From: Candidatus Latescibacterota bacterium
GTDB taxonomy: Bacteria; Latescibacterota; UBA2968
Direction: 5' to 3'
Assembly: GCA_965207885.1 (NCBI GenBank)
Contig: OZ242311.1
Span: 320,001 to 384,000 of the forward strand
DNA length: 64,000 nucleotides
The position numbers and the translations under genes were made by a program. The notes below the pieces were generated by a model. That model worked only from the letters and a program-made list of their open reading frames with translations. It had not been told where the DNA came from and did no database searches. This document shows, in pieces, positions 49,253-58,327 of the stretch (the stretch's first letter is position 1; every line of letters starts with the position of its first letter).

Positions 49253-49600
49253 ATGGCTACTCTAACAGATCGTATCACGGTCAATCCCAATCAGTGCGGG
49301 GGACGACCCTGTATTCGAGGTATGCGGATTCGCGTCACGGATGTGCTGGATTTGCTCGCTCACGACTTGACGTGTGAACAAATCCTATCAGAGCATCCAG
49401 ACCTTGAATCTGAGGACATCCGCGCTTGTCTGCGATTTGCCAGTGATCGGCTTAACCATCCGGTTCTCAAAGATGAGCAGGCCTGGACAGAACGTTTTGA
49501 GGCTACAACGGATGAGCAGTGGGATCGTTTGGCTGAATCAGCGCGAAAGGAAATTGCTGCGGGTGATACGGACTATGACCAGTTACTCAAGCGTCTGTAA
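49253..49600 (+). CDS. DUF433 antitoxin-like protein with chimeric C-terminus
   Basis: RITVNP..CGGRPCIRGMRIRV..EDIRACL DUF433 pattern; about 43 extra residues. Confidence 0.8.
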   Translation: MATLTDRITVNPNQCGGRPCIRGMRIRVTDVLDLLAHDLTCEQILSEHPDLESEDIRACLRFASDRLNHPVLKDEQAWTERFEATTDEQWDRLAESARKEIAAGDTDYDQLLKRL

Positions 49601-49640
49601 TTGAAGTGTCGCGAAAGATGTATTGAACCTTATTTTTTTA

Positions 49641-49675
49641 GCCCAACGGACTCTGTCAAACCGTTGGGCTTTTTC
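49641..49675 (+). terminator. Terminator hairpin
   Basis: GCCCAACGG...CCGTTGGGC flanked by T-run. Confidence 0.7.
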
Positions 49676-49698
49676 TATCTTCAGGAGGAGATGGCAAC

Positions 49699-50064
49699 AT
49701 GAGTAATTTGAGTTTACTGACCGGCGTTTACGCAGATGTCGAAGCGTATGCCGTGCTGATAGATAGGGTAATTGAACGGCTGGGACGAGGAGAGATCGGT
49801 TCGCCCGATCCAGATCAGAAGAAGCTCGGACAACTTCTCGTTGATGCCATTGATCAGGGCCTCGAATCACAATCTCTTGAGGCTCTGACTCTGGACAACT
49901 TGCTACGGTCAAACACCGGTGAGCCTTTGCCAGGTCTGAAGAGGCTTGGCGAGTGCCTGCTCAGTGGCAAAGTTGATATCAACTATCATAAACAGTTAGA
50001 GACGCTTGCCCAAAGACTGGAACAGGAACGGGTGGGGATAGCTCGTCAACTATGGGGACGTTAA
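49699..50064 (+). CDS. Hypothetical helical protein
   Basis: SD AGGAGG upstream; 121 aa, no recognised motif. Confidence 0.7.
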   Translation: MSNLSLLTGVYADVEAYAVLIDRVIERLGRGEIGSPDPDQKKLGQLLVDAIDQGLESQSLEALTLDNLLRSNTGEPLPGLKRLGECLLSGKVDINYHKQLETLAQRLEQERVGIARQLWGR

Positions 50065-50104
50065 TTGACCAATCACTGGATCGGGCACGACATTTATACC
50101 AATC

Positions 50105-50362
50105 TTACGGCTTCCTATAAATCTCATGAGTCCCAACTCGGCGCAGACGGTAGGTATCGCCCACGATCTTGAATGTGAACCTGTAACTTTCGGTGACGCG
50201 GGCTTCCCAGATATCGGCTTGACCTCGCATCTTCCGGGTCTGAAGAGAACCGTGATGTGGATTAGCAAAGAGAAGCGAGAGTTGTTTGTCCACACGTTCC
50301 TGGATGTTCCGTGGCAGTCGCGCATAGTCGCGGTCAAATGATTTCTCAATAACGATTTTCAT
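50105..50362 (-). CDS. RelE/ParE-superfamily toxin
   Basis: FDRDYARLP, NPHHGSL, WEARV..YRFTF, RVGTH. Confidence 0.85.
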   Translation of the reverse strand: MKIVIEKSFDRDYARLPRNIQERVDKQLSLLFANPHHGSLQTRKMRGQADIWEARVTESYRFTFKIVGDTYRLRRVGTHEIYRKP

Positions 50363-50781
50363 GCACGCTGCTTATGAAGGTGGGCAAGGAGCCCCTCTGC
50401 CGTTTCAAATTCACTGGAAGACCGGCCCTCTCGCTCGTCTCGCTCAGCTTCTCGCTCGCCTTTCTGCCATGACTCCAGCCACCAGTACTTCTGCTCTGGA
50501 TCAATGAGACCTGCTTTTGTAGCCACGTTGACCTCTGCCTCGGTTAATCCTTTGGAATTAAGCATATCCTCGTTGATGGTCTTGATCTTGTCTTTTGCCC
50601 GCGCGAGAATCCGTTGTTCTTTTTTTGAAAGCTCTGGGGGACTCATCTGCTGCGGTATGAGGACGACTTTTCCATTCTCTTCAATTACCTCAATCATATC
50701 ACCCACTTTGAGGCCGAGTTTCTCAAACACCGGCTTGGGGATAGTGATCCGGTGGCTGGAGGTAATTTTTGAATGTGGCAT
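50359..50781 (-). CDS. AbrB/MazE/SpoVT-domain antitoxin
   Basis: ITIPK..LGLKVGDMIEV; C-terminal DPEQKYWW..WQKGEREA; ATGA overlap with toxin. Confidence 0.85.
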   Translation of the reverse strand: MPHSKITSSHRITIPKPVFEKLGLKVGDMIEVIEENGKVVLIPQQMSPPELSKKEQRILARAKDKIKTINEDMLNSKGLTEAEVNVATKAGLIDPEQKYWWLESWQKGEREAERDEREGRSSSEFETAEGLLAHLHKQRA

Positions 50782-50875
50782 TTCTCGTCTCCTATTTGTC
50801 ATTGCAAGTACTGAACATAGAATAAAATTAAAAAGCCCTGAAAAAAAGTCAATGACTTGCTGATAGGCAAAACCA

Positions 50876-50976
50876 CTGGATCGCGGCTAAAACCCTGCCG
50901 CGATGACGGCTTTAGTAATGGGTCGGGAAAAGAAATTCCTTCCTACCTGATGGCTCAACATCTTGCCGCGATGATG
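50876..50976 (-). repeat. CGTC-type REP copy plus partial copy
   Basis: CCGTCATCGCGGCAGGGTTTTAGCCGCGATCCAG (50876-50909) and a degenerate copy at 50952-50976. Confidence 0.65.
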
Positions 50977-51027
50977 AGGGCTGATGGGTCAGGTCATGCC
51001 AGTGGTGCAAGTTATTTATTGCACTAT

Positions 51028-51352
51028 TGGCAAGTATTTGTCAACGATTTTGTTGACAAATACTTATTAAAAAAACAACAGGGAAGCGATAAAGTTATAA
51101 TAAACAAGCCTTTACTTGCAGTTCAATGAGTTGTTCTTGAGGCTCATTCAACAAGCCTATTGCACCTTCGCCTATGGCAAGGGGCAGGGGAAGAGTCAAC
51201 CGCGAGTTTTTTTGTTATGTCTTGCACATAAATGTGGAGTTATATTTTCAGTTAGCTGGTAAATATTTGTCAACAGATTTGTTGACAAATATTGTTAAAA
51301 AACAATTGGAAAGCAATAACATTATAATAAACAGGTCTTTGCTTGCAGTTCA
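51028..51352. repeat. Diverged about 97-bp direct repeat containing a 14-bp-arm palindrome
   Basis: Copies at 51028-51125 and 51257-51352. Confidence 0.85.
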
Positions 51353-52977
51353 TCTACGAGCACTTTCTGGTTTTCCGAGTAATCCACGGGTATTTCGACG
51401 AGGTGTACGCCGCCTTTGGTATAACATTTTTCCAGCAGGGGTACTGTCATTTCTGTGGATTTCACGCGGTGTCCATGCGCGCCGTAGCTGTTGGCGTACA
51501 TGACAAAATCCGGGTTGTCGAATTCCAGTCCAAAATCGGGAAGCCCCATCCCGTATTGTTTCCAGCGGATCATGCCGTAGGCATTGTCTCTTAAGATCAG
51601 GACGACGAGATTGAGGTTGAGTCTTACGGCTGTTTCCAATTCCTGGCTGTTCATCATAAAACCACCGTCGCCGCAAATCGCCATGACCCGCCGGTTGGGA
51701 TAAAACCGCGCGGCTTCCATTGCCGAGGGCAGGCCCGCGCCCATGGTGGCAAGGGCGTTGTCCAGCAATACGGTGTTGGGTTGCGTGGTCGGGTAGTTGC
51801 GCGCAAACCAGATTTTGTACACGCCGTTATCCAGCGCAATGATGCCGTCTTCGGGCAGGACTTTGCGGACGTCCCAGACGAGGCGCTGGGGTTTTATCGG
51901 GAAGCTGTTGTCGTTTTCTCCCAGACGAATGTGTTCCTGAATCTGGTCGCGGATGCGCATGTAATAGTCGAAGTCGTGCGAGGCTGTTTTGCCAGTTTTG
52001 TCGGCGAGGCGCTGGATCGTGTTTGCAATGTCGCCTACTACTTCCAGTTGTGGAAAATAGACATTATCTACCACGGCGGATTGGAAGTTGATGTGGATGA
52101 CCCGGGTTGCCCCTTCGTCGTGTGACATGAAAAATGGCGGTTTTTCCACGACATCGTGTCCGACGTTTATGATCAGATCGGCGCGTTCAATGGCGCAGTG
52201 GAGATAGTCGCCATCGGATAGTGCTGCGGTGCCCAGAAATAGAGGATGGAGACCGCCAACGACGCCTTTGCCCAGCTGGGTATTGAAAAAGGGTATGCCG
52301 GTTTTGTCGAGGAAGTGTGCCACGGATTCCCAGATGCGCTTGCGGTTGGTGCCCGCGCCCAGGAGGAGCAAGGGCCGCGTGGCTTCTTTGATCATTTTTA
52401 CCGCGTCGTCAATGGCGCGTTCATTGGCGTCGCCGCGTCTGCATGTGCTGATGTTAAAAACCGGCGTGGTGTGTTCGTCAACGGGTTCTTCGGCGACATC
52501 TTCCGGCAATTCCAGGTGTACGGCGCCGGGGCGCTCTTCTTGTGCGAGGCGAAATGCCTCCCGCACCATGGAGGGAATCATATCTACGTTGACGATTTGT
52601 CGGGTGTATTTTGTGAGGGGTTCCATCATGCTCACGACGTCGATGATCTGAAATTGGCCCTGTTTGCTCTTTTTGATGGGTTTTTGGCCCGTGATCATGA
52701 GCAGGGGCATGCCGCCCAGTTGGGCATAGGCGGCGCCCGTCACAAAATTGGTCGCGCCGGGACCGAGTGTGGCAAGGCAGACGCCGGCTTTGCCCGTGAG
52801 CCGTCCGTAAGTCGCAGCCATAAACGCAGCACCCTGTTCGTGGCGGGTCAGGATGAGTTTGATGCTCGATTTGCGAAGGGCTTCCAGAAAGGCGAGGTTT
52901 TCTTCTCCCGGCACGCCGTAGATATATTCCACGCCTTCATTTTCCAGTGCTTTGACAAATAGGTCCGAAGCGTTCAT
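51322..52977 (-). CDS. Acetolactate synthase large subunit (TPP enzyme)
   Basis: GVPGEEN, TRHEQGAAF, TLGPGATN, GDGGFMMN..DNAYGMI. Confidence 0.93.
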   Translation of the reverse strand: MNASDLFVKALENEGVEYIYGVPGEENLAFLEALRKSSIKLILTRHEQGAAFMAATYGRLTGKAGVCLATLGPGATNFVTGAAYAQLGGMPLLMITGQKPIKKSKQGQFQIIDVVSMMEPLTKYTRQIVNVDMIPSMVREAFRLAQEERPGAVHLELPEDVAEEPVDEHTTPVFNISTCRRGDANERAIDDAVKMIKEATRPLLLLGAGTNRKRIWESVAHFLDKTGIPFFNTQLGKGVVGGLHPLFLGTAALSDGDYLHCAIERADLIINVGHDVVEKPPFFMSHDEGATRVIHINFQSAVVDNVYFPQLEVVGDIANTIQRLADKTGKTASHDFDYYMRIRDQIQEHIRLGENDNSFPIKPQRLVWDVRKVLPEDGIIALDNGVYKIWFARNYPTTQPNTVLLDNALATMGAGLPSAMEAARFYPNRRVMAICGDGGFMMNSQELETAVRLNLNLVVLILRDNAYGMIRWKQYGMGLPDFGLEFDNPDFVMYANSYGAHGHRVKSTEMTVPLLEKCYTKGGVHLVEIPVDYSENQKVLVDELQAKTCLL

Positions 52978-52991
52978 CACTTCCTCCGGGT

Positions 52992-54395
52992 TTATGCGGG
53001 GACACTGCGTCCCCTCGTTTTGTACTGGTTGAGCAGGTCGGTCAATCGCGATACGATTTCGGGGTGTTGCGCGTAGAGGTTTTCGCGTTCTCGGTAGCCG
53101 GTTTCCATGTCATAGAGTTGGCCGGGAGCATCATCCGGAGGGTCGTCGGGATAATCATTGCCGCCGGAGCTTTGGTGGAGGAGCAATTTCCATTTGTCCT
53201 GGCGGATGGCAAATTCGCCTTTGGAAGAGTGATGCACGGTGGCTTCGCGGATGGATGTCGCGCTCTGGCTCGTCAGGATGGGTAGGATGCTGCAACTGTC
53301 TTCGCCGGCATTTTCGGGAAGGGTATGGCCGATAATGTCGGCGGCTGTTGCGATGAGGTCTGTGAGACATACGATTTCGTCGCTGAAGGATCCAGACGCG
53401 ACTTTTTCGGGCCAGCGGGCGATAAAGGGGATGCGATGTCCGCCTTCCCAGTTGTCGCGTTTGCAGCCGCGGAAGTGATAGGCGCTGTAGTGATTGTATT
53501 CTTGTTTTCGCGCGTGCATAAAGCGTTCGGGTCCGTTGTCGCTGGTGACGATAAAGAGGGTGTTGTCGGTGGCGCCGGCTTTTTCAACAGCGTCCATGAT
53601 TTGACCCACTGCCCAGTCGCATTCGACGACGAAGTCGCCGTATTTGCCGGCCTGGCTTTTGCCTGTGAATGCTTTGTTTGGCGCGATGGGTGTGTGCGGT
53701 CCGGTTACGGGATAGTAGAGGAAAAAGGGCTGTTTGCCCGCTGCGGTTTCTTCGATGAAGGAGACCGCTTTTTTTGTGAGGTCTGGGATGACGTGTTCGG
53801 GTTTGAGGCCCGGCGCAGCGTGTCCTTCGCGTCCAAAGAGGCCCCTATGAGCACGGGCTGTTGGCTCGCAGATTGTGCGGTTGTTTTCGAGATAGACATA
53901 AGGCGGCATGTCCAGGGATGCGGAGATGCCGTAAAAGTAGTCGAATCCGAGGTCGCACGGTCCGCCGGTAAATGGTTGGGTGAAGTCTATGGCTTCGCCG
54001 CGGTTCCATCCCAGTTTGTAGTCTTCGAGGTGTTGGACGCCTTTTTTGCGCGTCCAGTTTAATCCCACATGCCATTTGCCGATGCAAGCGGTGTGATATC
54101 CGTGTTGTTTGAGCAGGGACGCGACGGTCAGGCGTTCGGGTTCGATGAGGGGTTCTGAGTATCCGTTGAGGACGCCATTTTGCAGTCGGGTGCGCCAGCA
54201 ATAGCGTCCGGTTAAGACGCCATAGCGCGAGGGGGAGCACACAGCGGAGCACGAGTGGACATCGGTGAAGCACATGCCTTCAGCGGACAGGCGGTCGATA
54301 TTGGGGGTTTGGATTTTGGATTCGGGATTGAGGTAGCTGATGTCCCCATAACCGAGGTCGTCGAAGAAGATATAGACGATGTTGGGATTGGACAT
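52992..54395 (-). CDS. Arylsulfatase
   Basis: DDLGYGD, CSPSRYGVLTGR, GKWH, WEGGHRIP. Confidence 0.93.
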   Translation of the reverse strand: MSNPNIVYIFFDDLGYGDISYLNPESKIQTPNIDRLSAEGMCFTDVHSCSAVCSPSRYGVLTGRYCWRTRLQNGVLNGYSEPLIEPERLTVASLLKQHGYHTACIGKWHVGLNWTRKKGVQHLEDYKLGWNRGEAIDFTQPFTGGPCDLGFDYFYGISASLDMPPYVYLENNRTICEPTARAHRGLFGREGHAAPGLKPEHVIPDLTKKAVSFIEETAAGKQPFFLYYPVTGPHTPIAPNKAFTGKSQAGKYGDFVVECDWAVGQIMDAVEKAGATDNTLFIVTSDNGPERFMHARKQEYNHYSAYHFRGCKRDNWEGGHRIPFIARWPEKVASGSFSDEIVCLTDLIATAADIIGHTLPENAGEDSCSILPILTSQSATSIREATVHHSSKGEFAIRQDKWKLLLHQSSGGNDYPDDPPDDAPGQLYDMETGYRERENLYAQHPEIVSRLTDLLNQYKTRGRSVPA

Positions 54396-54422
54396 TGGGG
54401 TCTCCAATTGGTTGTATAAGGT

Positions 54423-55499
54423 TCATTTGGCGGGCGCGATGAAGATTTTGTCGCCCTCCTTACACCCAAGTGTCTTTGAGGCGTTTTCGTAGTTGCGAGC
54501 AATCCTCAAGCGGCCTTCCGCTGTCAAGAATGCAACCCATTCTCCGCGCGGTACGTCTCCATAAGTGGTGGCAAGCAACACTGTGAACGTCTGCTCCCCA
54601 TAGCTGACCTGAAAACGAGTTTTGGGAGAGATGCCAAGTTGCTGCAGGTCGCCCTCGATAAATTCGGTGTTGATGTTGCCGTAGGTCGAGGAGATGCTCT
54701 CTATCTTTGTGTAAGCCCCTCCTTCCACAAATTCCGCAGACGACACATGATTCGGAGCGATGGTCGCATCTTTGTCTCGTTCAATCGCACCGGTGTCCAG
54801 ATAGGCGTCGAGCGCGCGCAACGCGGTTTCCCGTTCGATCTCTCTGAGGTTGACGTGTCCGTCGCGTGCCACAGACCAGAATACTGGCACAGTCGGTGCC
54901 TTTACCGCTTTCTGGATGTACGCTTGGGGTCCCTCCACTTCACTCTGGTTACTGACGAAGAGCAACGGGAGACGTGGGGTATAACGCCATTCGTGGGGGT
55001 GCTCTGTATCTCGCACTTGCAGTGCCGCCCCCAACGCGAGCAAGCCGTCATAACCTTCGGGAGCGGTCTCGGCGATCAGTGTCACGATCGCACCGCCCAT
55101 TGAGCTACCCTGTACAATTACACGTTCAGGCGCGCCATAAGTTTGGACAATGTGCTGGCGTAGCAGTTCGATGTCCGCTACCGCATCGACGACGATCGCT
55201 CCGTTGCGGCGGTAGCTGGTAGATGCGATCATCCAGCCATCGGCAAGCAGATGCTGGTACGTGGGTGAGTCTGTGCGAAAATCGGCGCTCAGGGGCGCAT
55301 TTTCGGGGCGATAGCCGTGCGCCAGCAGCAGGAGTTTTCCGTTCCATGACTCCGGTATGGCGATGACGAATTTTGATTGCTGGAGTTGACCTGCTTCGGT
55401 GCGAAATTTAACTGCCTCTGCGGCTGGGGCGAGCAGTCCGCCGATGAGCAGGAAATAGCATATCCCTTGTACGAGTGTTGAACGGTAGATCGTTTTCAT
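54423..55499 (-). CDS. Secreted alpha/beta hydrolase fused to SAM hydroxide adenosyltransferase C-terminal domain
   Basis: Signal peptide, AHGY, GSSMGG elbow, GH; C-terminal YGNINT..TYGDVPRGE..GRLRIARN..AS..LG. Confidence 0.72.
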   Translation of the reverse strand: MKTIYRSTLVQGICYFLLIGGLLAPAAEAVKFRTEAGQLQQSKFVIAIPESWNGKLLLLAHGYRPENAPLSADFRTDSPTYQHLLADGWMIASTSYRRNGAIVVDAVADIELLRQHIVQTYGAPERVIVQGSSMGGAIVTLIAETAPEGYDGLLALGAALQVRDTEHPHEWRYTPRLPLLFVSNQSEVEGPQAYIQKAVKAPTVPVFWSVARDGHVNLREIERETALRALDAYLDTGAIERDKDATIAPNHVSSAEFVEGGAYTKIESISSTYGNINTEFIEGDLQQLGISPKTRFQVSYGEQTFTVLLATTYGDVPRGEWVAFLTAEGRLRIARNYENASKTLGCKEGDKIFIAPAK

Positions 55500-55579
55500 G
55501 ATGGCTCCTTTGGATTGTTTTGCCGGACAGTTTGTGGTGTCTATGCCCAGCCCCAGCAGTTCATACGTCCAGAGGTCTG

Positions 55580-56779
55580 TTATGTTCCGATGGTGTTTTG
55601 GTCGGTGTGATTCTGTTCTTTGAGGATTTGTTTTTGGAGGTATTCGGGCAGTTTGAGGACGCGCTGGAAGTAGGTGGGTTCGTCAAAGCGCAGGTTGTTG
55701 TTTTTGAAGAGGGGACGGTCTGTGTCGCGGCTGAGGTCGCAGTCGAATCGGGCGAGGACGGATTCGCTCATGCTGCCCCCGCCGTCCGGGTTGATATGGC
55801 ACAGTCCCCAGGTGATGCCGCGTCCATCGCCGTTGTCGGCAAATGCGTCGGGAACAAAGGGTCCGGGGGCGACAGGGGGCACCTGGAGCAGGGATTTCAT
55901 TTCGAAATGGAGGCCATCGGGCGCGTATTGTACGGTGTTTTTTTCGGGTCCGTCCAGGCTGACGATTGCGGCGATGCCCTCTTTGTAGGGCCAGAGGCAG
56001 GTTTCGTGGCCGGAGTTGAGGACGGGGTTTAGCGGTGATTTTTGGTATGGTCCTTCCGGATGGTCGGCAATGGCAACGCCCTGAGCGCGGATGATGTTTG
56101 CGCCGCCGCGTTTTTGTCCGGGCGAGCCTTTGTAATACATATGGATTTTGCCTTTGTAGATGAGGGGGAAGGGGTCGTGTATGCAGTTGCAGTCCCAGTC
56201 GTCGGGGCCGCCGGGTACTACGATCGGCCTACCCAGTCGAGTCCAGGGTCCATGGGGAGAGTCGGCGATGGCGATGGTGACGGGGCACGAGTCGCCGCCC
56301 TGAATGACTTCGCTATATGCCTGGTGGTAGAGGTAGTATTTGTTTTTCCAGACGAGGATGTCGGGGGTGCAGTTTGAGCGCCAGCCAAATTCGCCTTTTG
56401 AGGGACGGGTGGCGGCTGGTCCATGTTCTTCCCAGTGAAAGCCGTCTTCGCTGGTGGCATACCATATATCTGCAAGGTCCCAATCGACAGAGGGGATTTC
56501 GTCGGTGGCGTTTTCGTGTCCGACGGGCGGGCCTTTTGTGCGCCGGCAGGTGTACCAGATGTAATAGGTGCCGTCGATGCGGAGGACTTTGGATGGGTCA
56601 CGGCGAGAGACGTTGGGTTCTCGTGAGAATCCCGCGAGGGGGGAGTATTTGAAGTTGCTGAAAAATTCATTGCCGCGGTCTTCATGGGGGTTCCATATAT
56701 CGTACATGCGTTCCATTGAGGCACTGAGTTCGCGGTCTGGTTTTTCAAGTGGTAGTTTAGCGGGGAAGGGCGTTTGCAT
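55580..56779 (-). CDS. Glycoside hydrolase family 117-like protein
   Basis: SRRDPSKV, DWDLADIWYATSEDG, HDP, NPVLNSGHET, DGPEKNTVQYAPDG. Confidence 0.85.
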   Translation of the reverse strand: MQTPFPAKLPLEKPDRELSASMERMYDIWNPHEDRGNEFFSNFKYSPLAGFSREPNVSRRDPSKVLRIDGTYYIWYTCRRTKGPPVGHENATDEIPSVDWDLADIWYATSEDGFHWEEHGPAATRPSKGEFGWRSNCTPDILVWKNKYYLYHQAYSEVIQGGDSCPVTIAIADSPHGPWTRLGRPIVVPGGPDDWDCNCIHDPFPLIYKGKIHMYYKGSPGQKRGGANIIRAQGVAIADHPEGPYQKSPLNPVLNSGHETCLWPYKEGIAAIVSLDGPEKNTVQYAPDGLHFEMKSLLQVPPVAPGPFVPDAFADNGDGRGITWGLCHINPDGGGSMSESVLARFDCDLSRDTDRPLFKNNNLRFDEPTYFQRVLKLPEYLQKQILKEQNHTDQNTIGT

Positions 56780-58319
56780 GGGGGGTCCTCTGGTGATAAA
56801 TATCCAGTAGTTTTTCAGAGAGGGATTCGATGAGGTGGCTGTGTTGTTCTGATGTGATGAGGTTCTGGCGTTCGTCTTCTGTGGGGTTGTCTTTTAAGTT
56901 GAAGAGAGCGTGGTATTTTAATTTGTCTTCCAAAATGAGTTCTTGCCCGACGATCAATTTCCAATCGCCATCTCGCAGCGAGAGCATAGGTCCCATGATG
57001 TAGTCGTCGTGGAGGACGAGGGGATGGGGTTCAAATTCATCGTCTTTCAGGCCCGTGAGAAAGGGCGCGATGCTGGTGCTGTCTTCGGCAAATCCTTGAC
57101 GTGAGGATGCTTCGATGCCGACGAGGTCTGCGATGGATAATATGAGGTCGTTGAGTCCATACGTGATGTGGCTGGTGCGCCCGGAGGTCGCGTCGTTGCC
57201 GTCGCCGATGTTGCCCTGTTTCCAGAAGGCGATTGTGGGCACGCGATGGCCGCCTTCGTGGATGTGGGCTTTGCGACCGCGGTAGTAGCCGCTGGATTCT
57301 TTGCCCGCGTTTTCCGCGCCGTTGTCGCTGGAGAAGATAAAGAGGGTGTTGTCGATGAGTTTGTGGCCCGGGTTGCGCGGGTCGTCGTGGGTTTCGAGAT
57401 AGTTGAGCAATTGACCGACTGCGACGTCGTTTTCGTATATGAAGTCGAGGCGTTCGGGCGTGTTGTGCTCGCAGCCGCCGACCTGGTCGCGCTGTTTGCC
57501 CCATTCGGTGCTTTCCCAGCCATTGGGGTCGTTGGTGGTTGCGTGTGGGCGCGAGAGTTCGCGTTTGCCGTTTTTGAAGTGCGCCTGTCCCGTGATGGGT
57601 ACGCCGTTGAGTGCGTCGCACGGTGTGTGGGGTGTGTGATTGGAATTGGCGGCGTAGTAGAGGAAGAAGGGTTGTTGTTTTGTGTCTTCTTCTGCGAGAT
57701 GGGTGTCGAGAAAGCCAACGGCGTGCTGGAAGTTCATGGACCCGGTTTTGTACAGGTCGTAACCCGAGATGTCGTGAGGGTTTTTGCCGGTTGCGCCGAT
57801 GCAGCGGCGGTTTTCGATCCAGCCCGCATTGGCAGAGGTTCCATGGCTTCGGTTGGTGATGAAGTGGTAGTCAAAGCCGTGTTCTTCGGGGCAGTCGGTC
57901 AAGGGTTGGCGCACGTCTGCGTCGTCCCATCCCTCGGCGGGTGAGCCGTCGGATTTTGTGTAGGTCAGGCCCACGTGCCATTTGCCCGAGATGCCCGTGC
58001 GATATCCGGCTTCTTTGAGGATGGTGGCGAGTGTGGGCCGTTCTTTTTCGATGAGCGGCGGATAGTGGGGACCAAAGGCGACTTTGTGTTTGAGTTGCGT
58101 GCGCCAGCAATAGCGTCCGGTGAGGAGTGCGTAGCGCGTGGGAGTGCATACGGTTGATGGGGTATGTGCATCGGTAAAGCGCACGCCCAGGCGCGCAAGG
58201 CGTTCCAGGCTGGGGGTGTGAAGTTGTTCGTCGTCTCTATTGCCGGTCCAGTCCTGATACGCGCTGGTGTCGCCCGTGCCCATGTCATCGACGAGGAAGA
58301 TGATGATGTTGGGTTGCAT
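56757..58319 (-). CDS. Arylsulfatase
   Basis: PNIIIFLVDD, CTPTRYALLTGR, GKWH, SDNG, EGGHRVP. Confidence 0.92.
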   Translation of the reverse strand: MQPNIIIFLVDDMGTGDTSAYQDWTGNRDDEQLHTPSLERLARLGVRFTDAHTPSTVCTPTRYALLTGRYCWRTQLKHKVAFGPHYPPLIEKERPTLATILKEAGYRTGISGKWHVGLTYTKSDGSPAEGWDDADVRQPLTDCPEEHGFDYHFITNRSHGTSANAGWIENRRCIGATGKNPHDISGYDLYKTGSMNFQHAVGFLDTHLAEEDTKQQPFFLYYAANSNHTPHTPCDALNGVPITGQAHFKNGKRELSRPHATTNDPNGWESTEWGKQRDQVGGCEHNTPERLDFIYENDVAVGQLLNYLETHDDPRNPGHKLIDNTLFIFSSDNGAENAGKESSGYYRGRKAHIHEGGHRVPTIAFWKQGNIGDGNDATSGRTSHITYGLNDLILSIADLVGIEASSRQGFAEDSTSIAPFLTGLKDDEFEPHPLVLHDDYIMGPMLSLRDGDWKLIVGQELILEDKLKYHALFNLKDNPTEDERQNLITSEQHSHLIESLSEKLLDIYHQRTPHANALPR

Positions 58320-58327
58320 GTGTCTCC

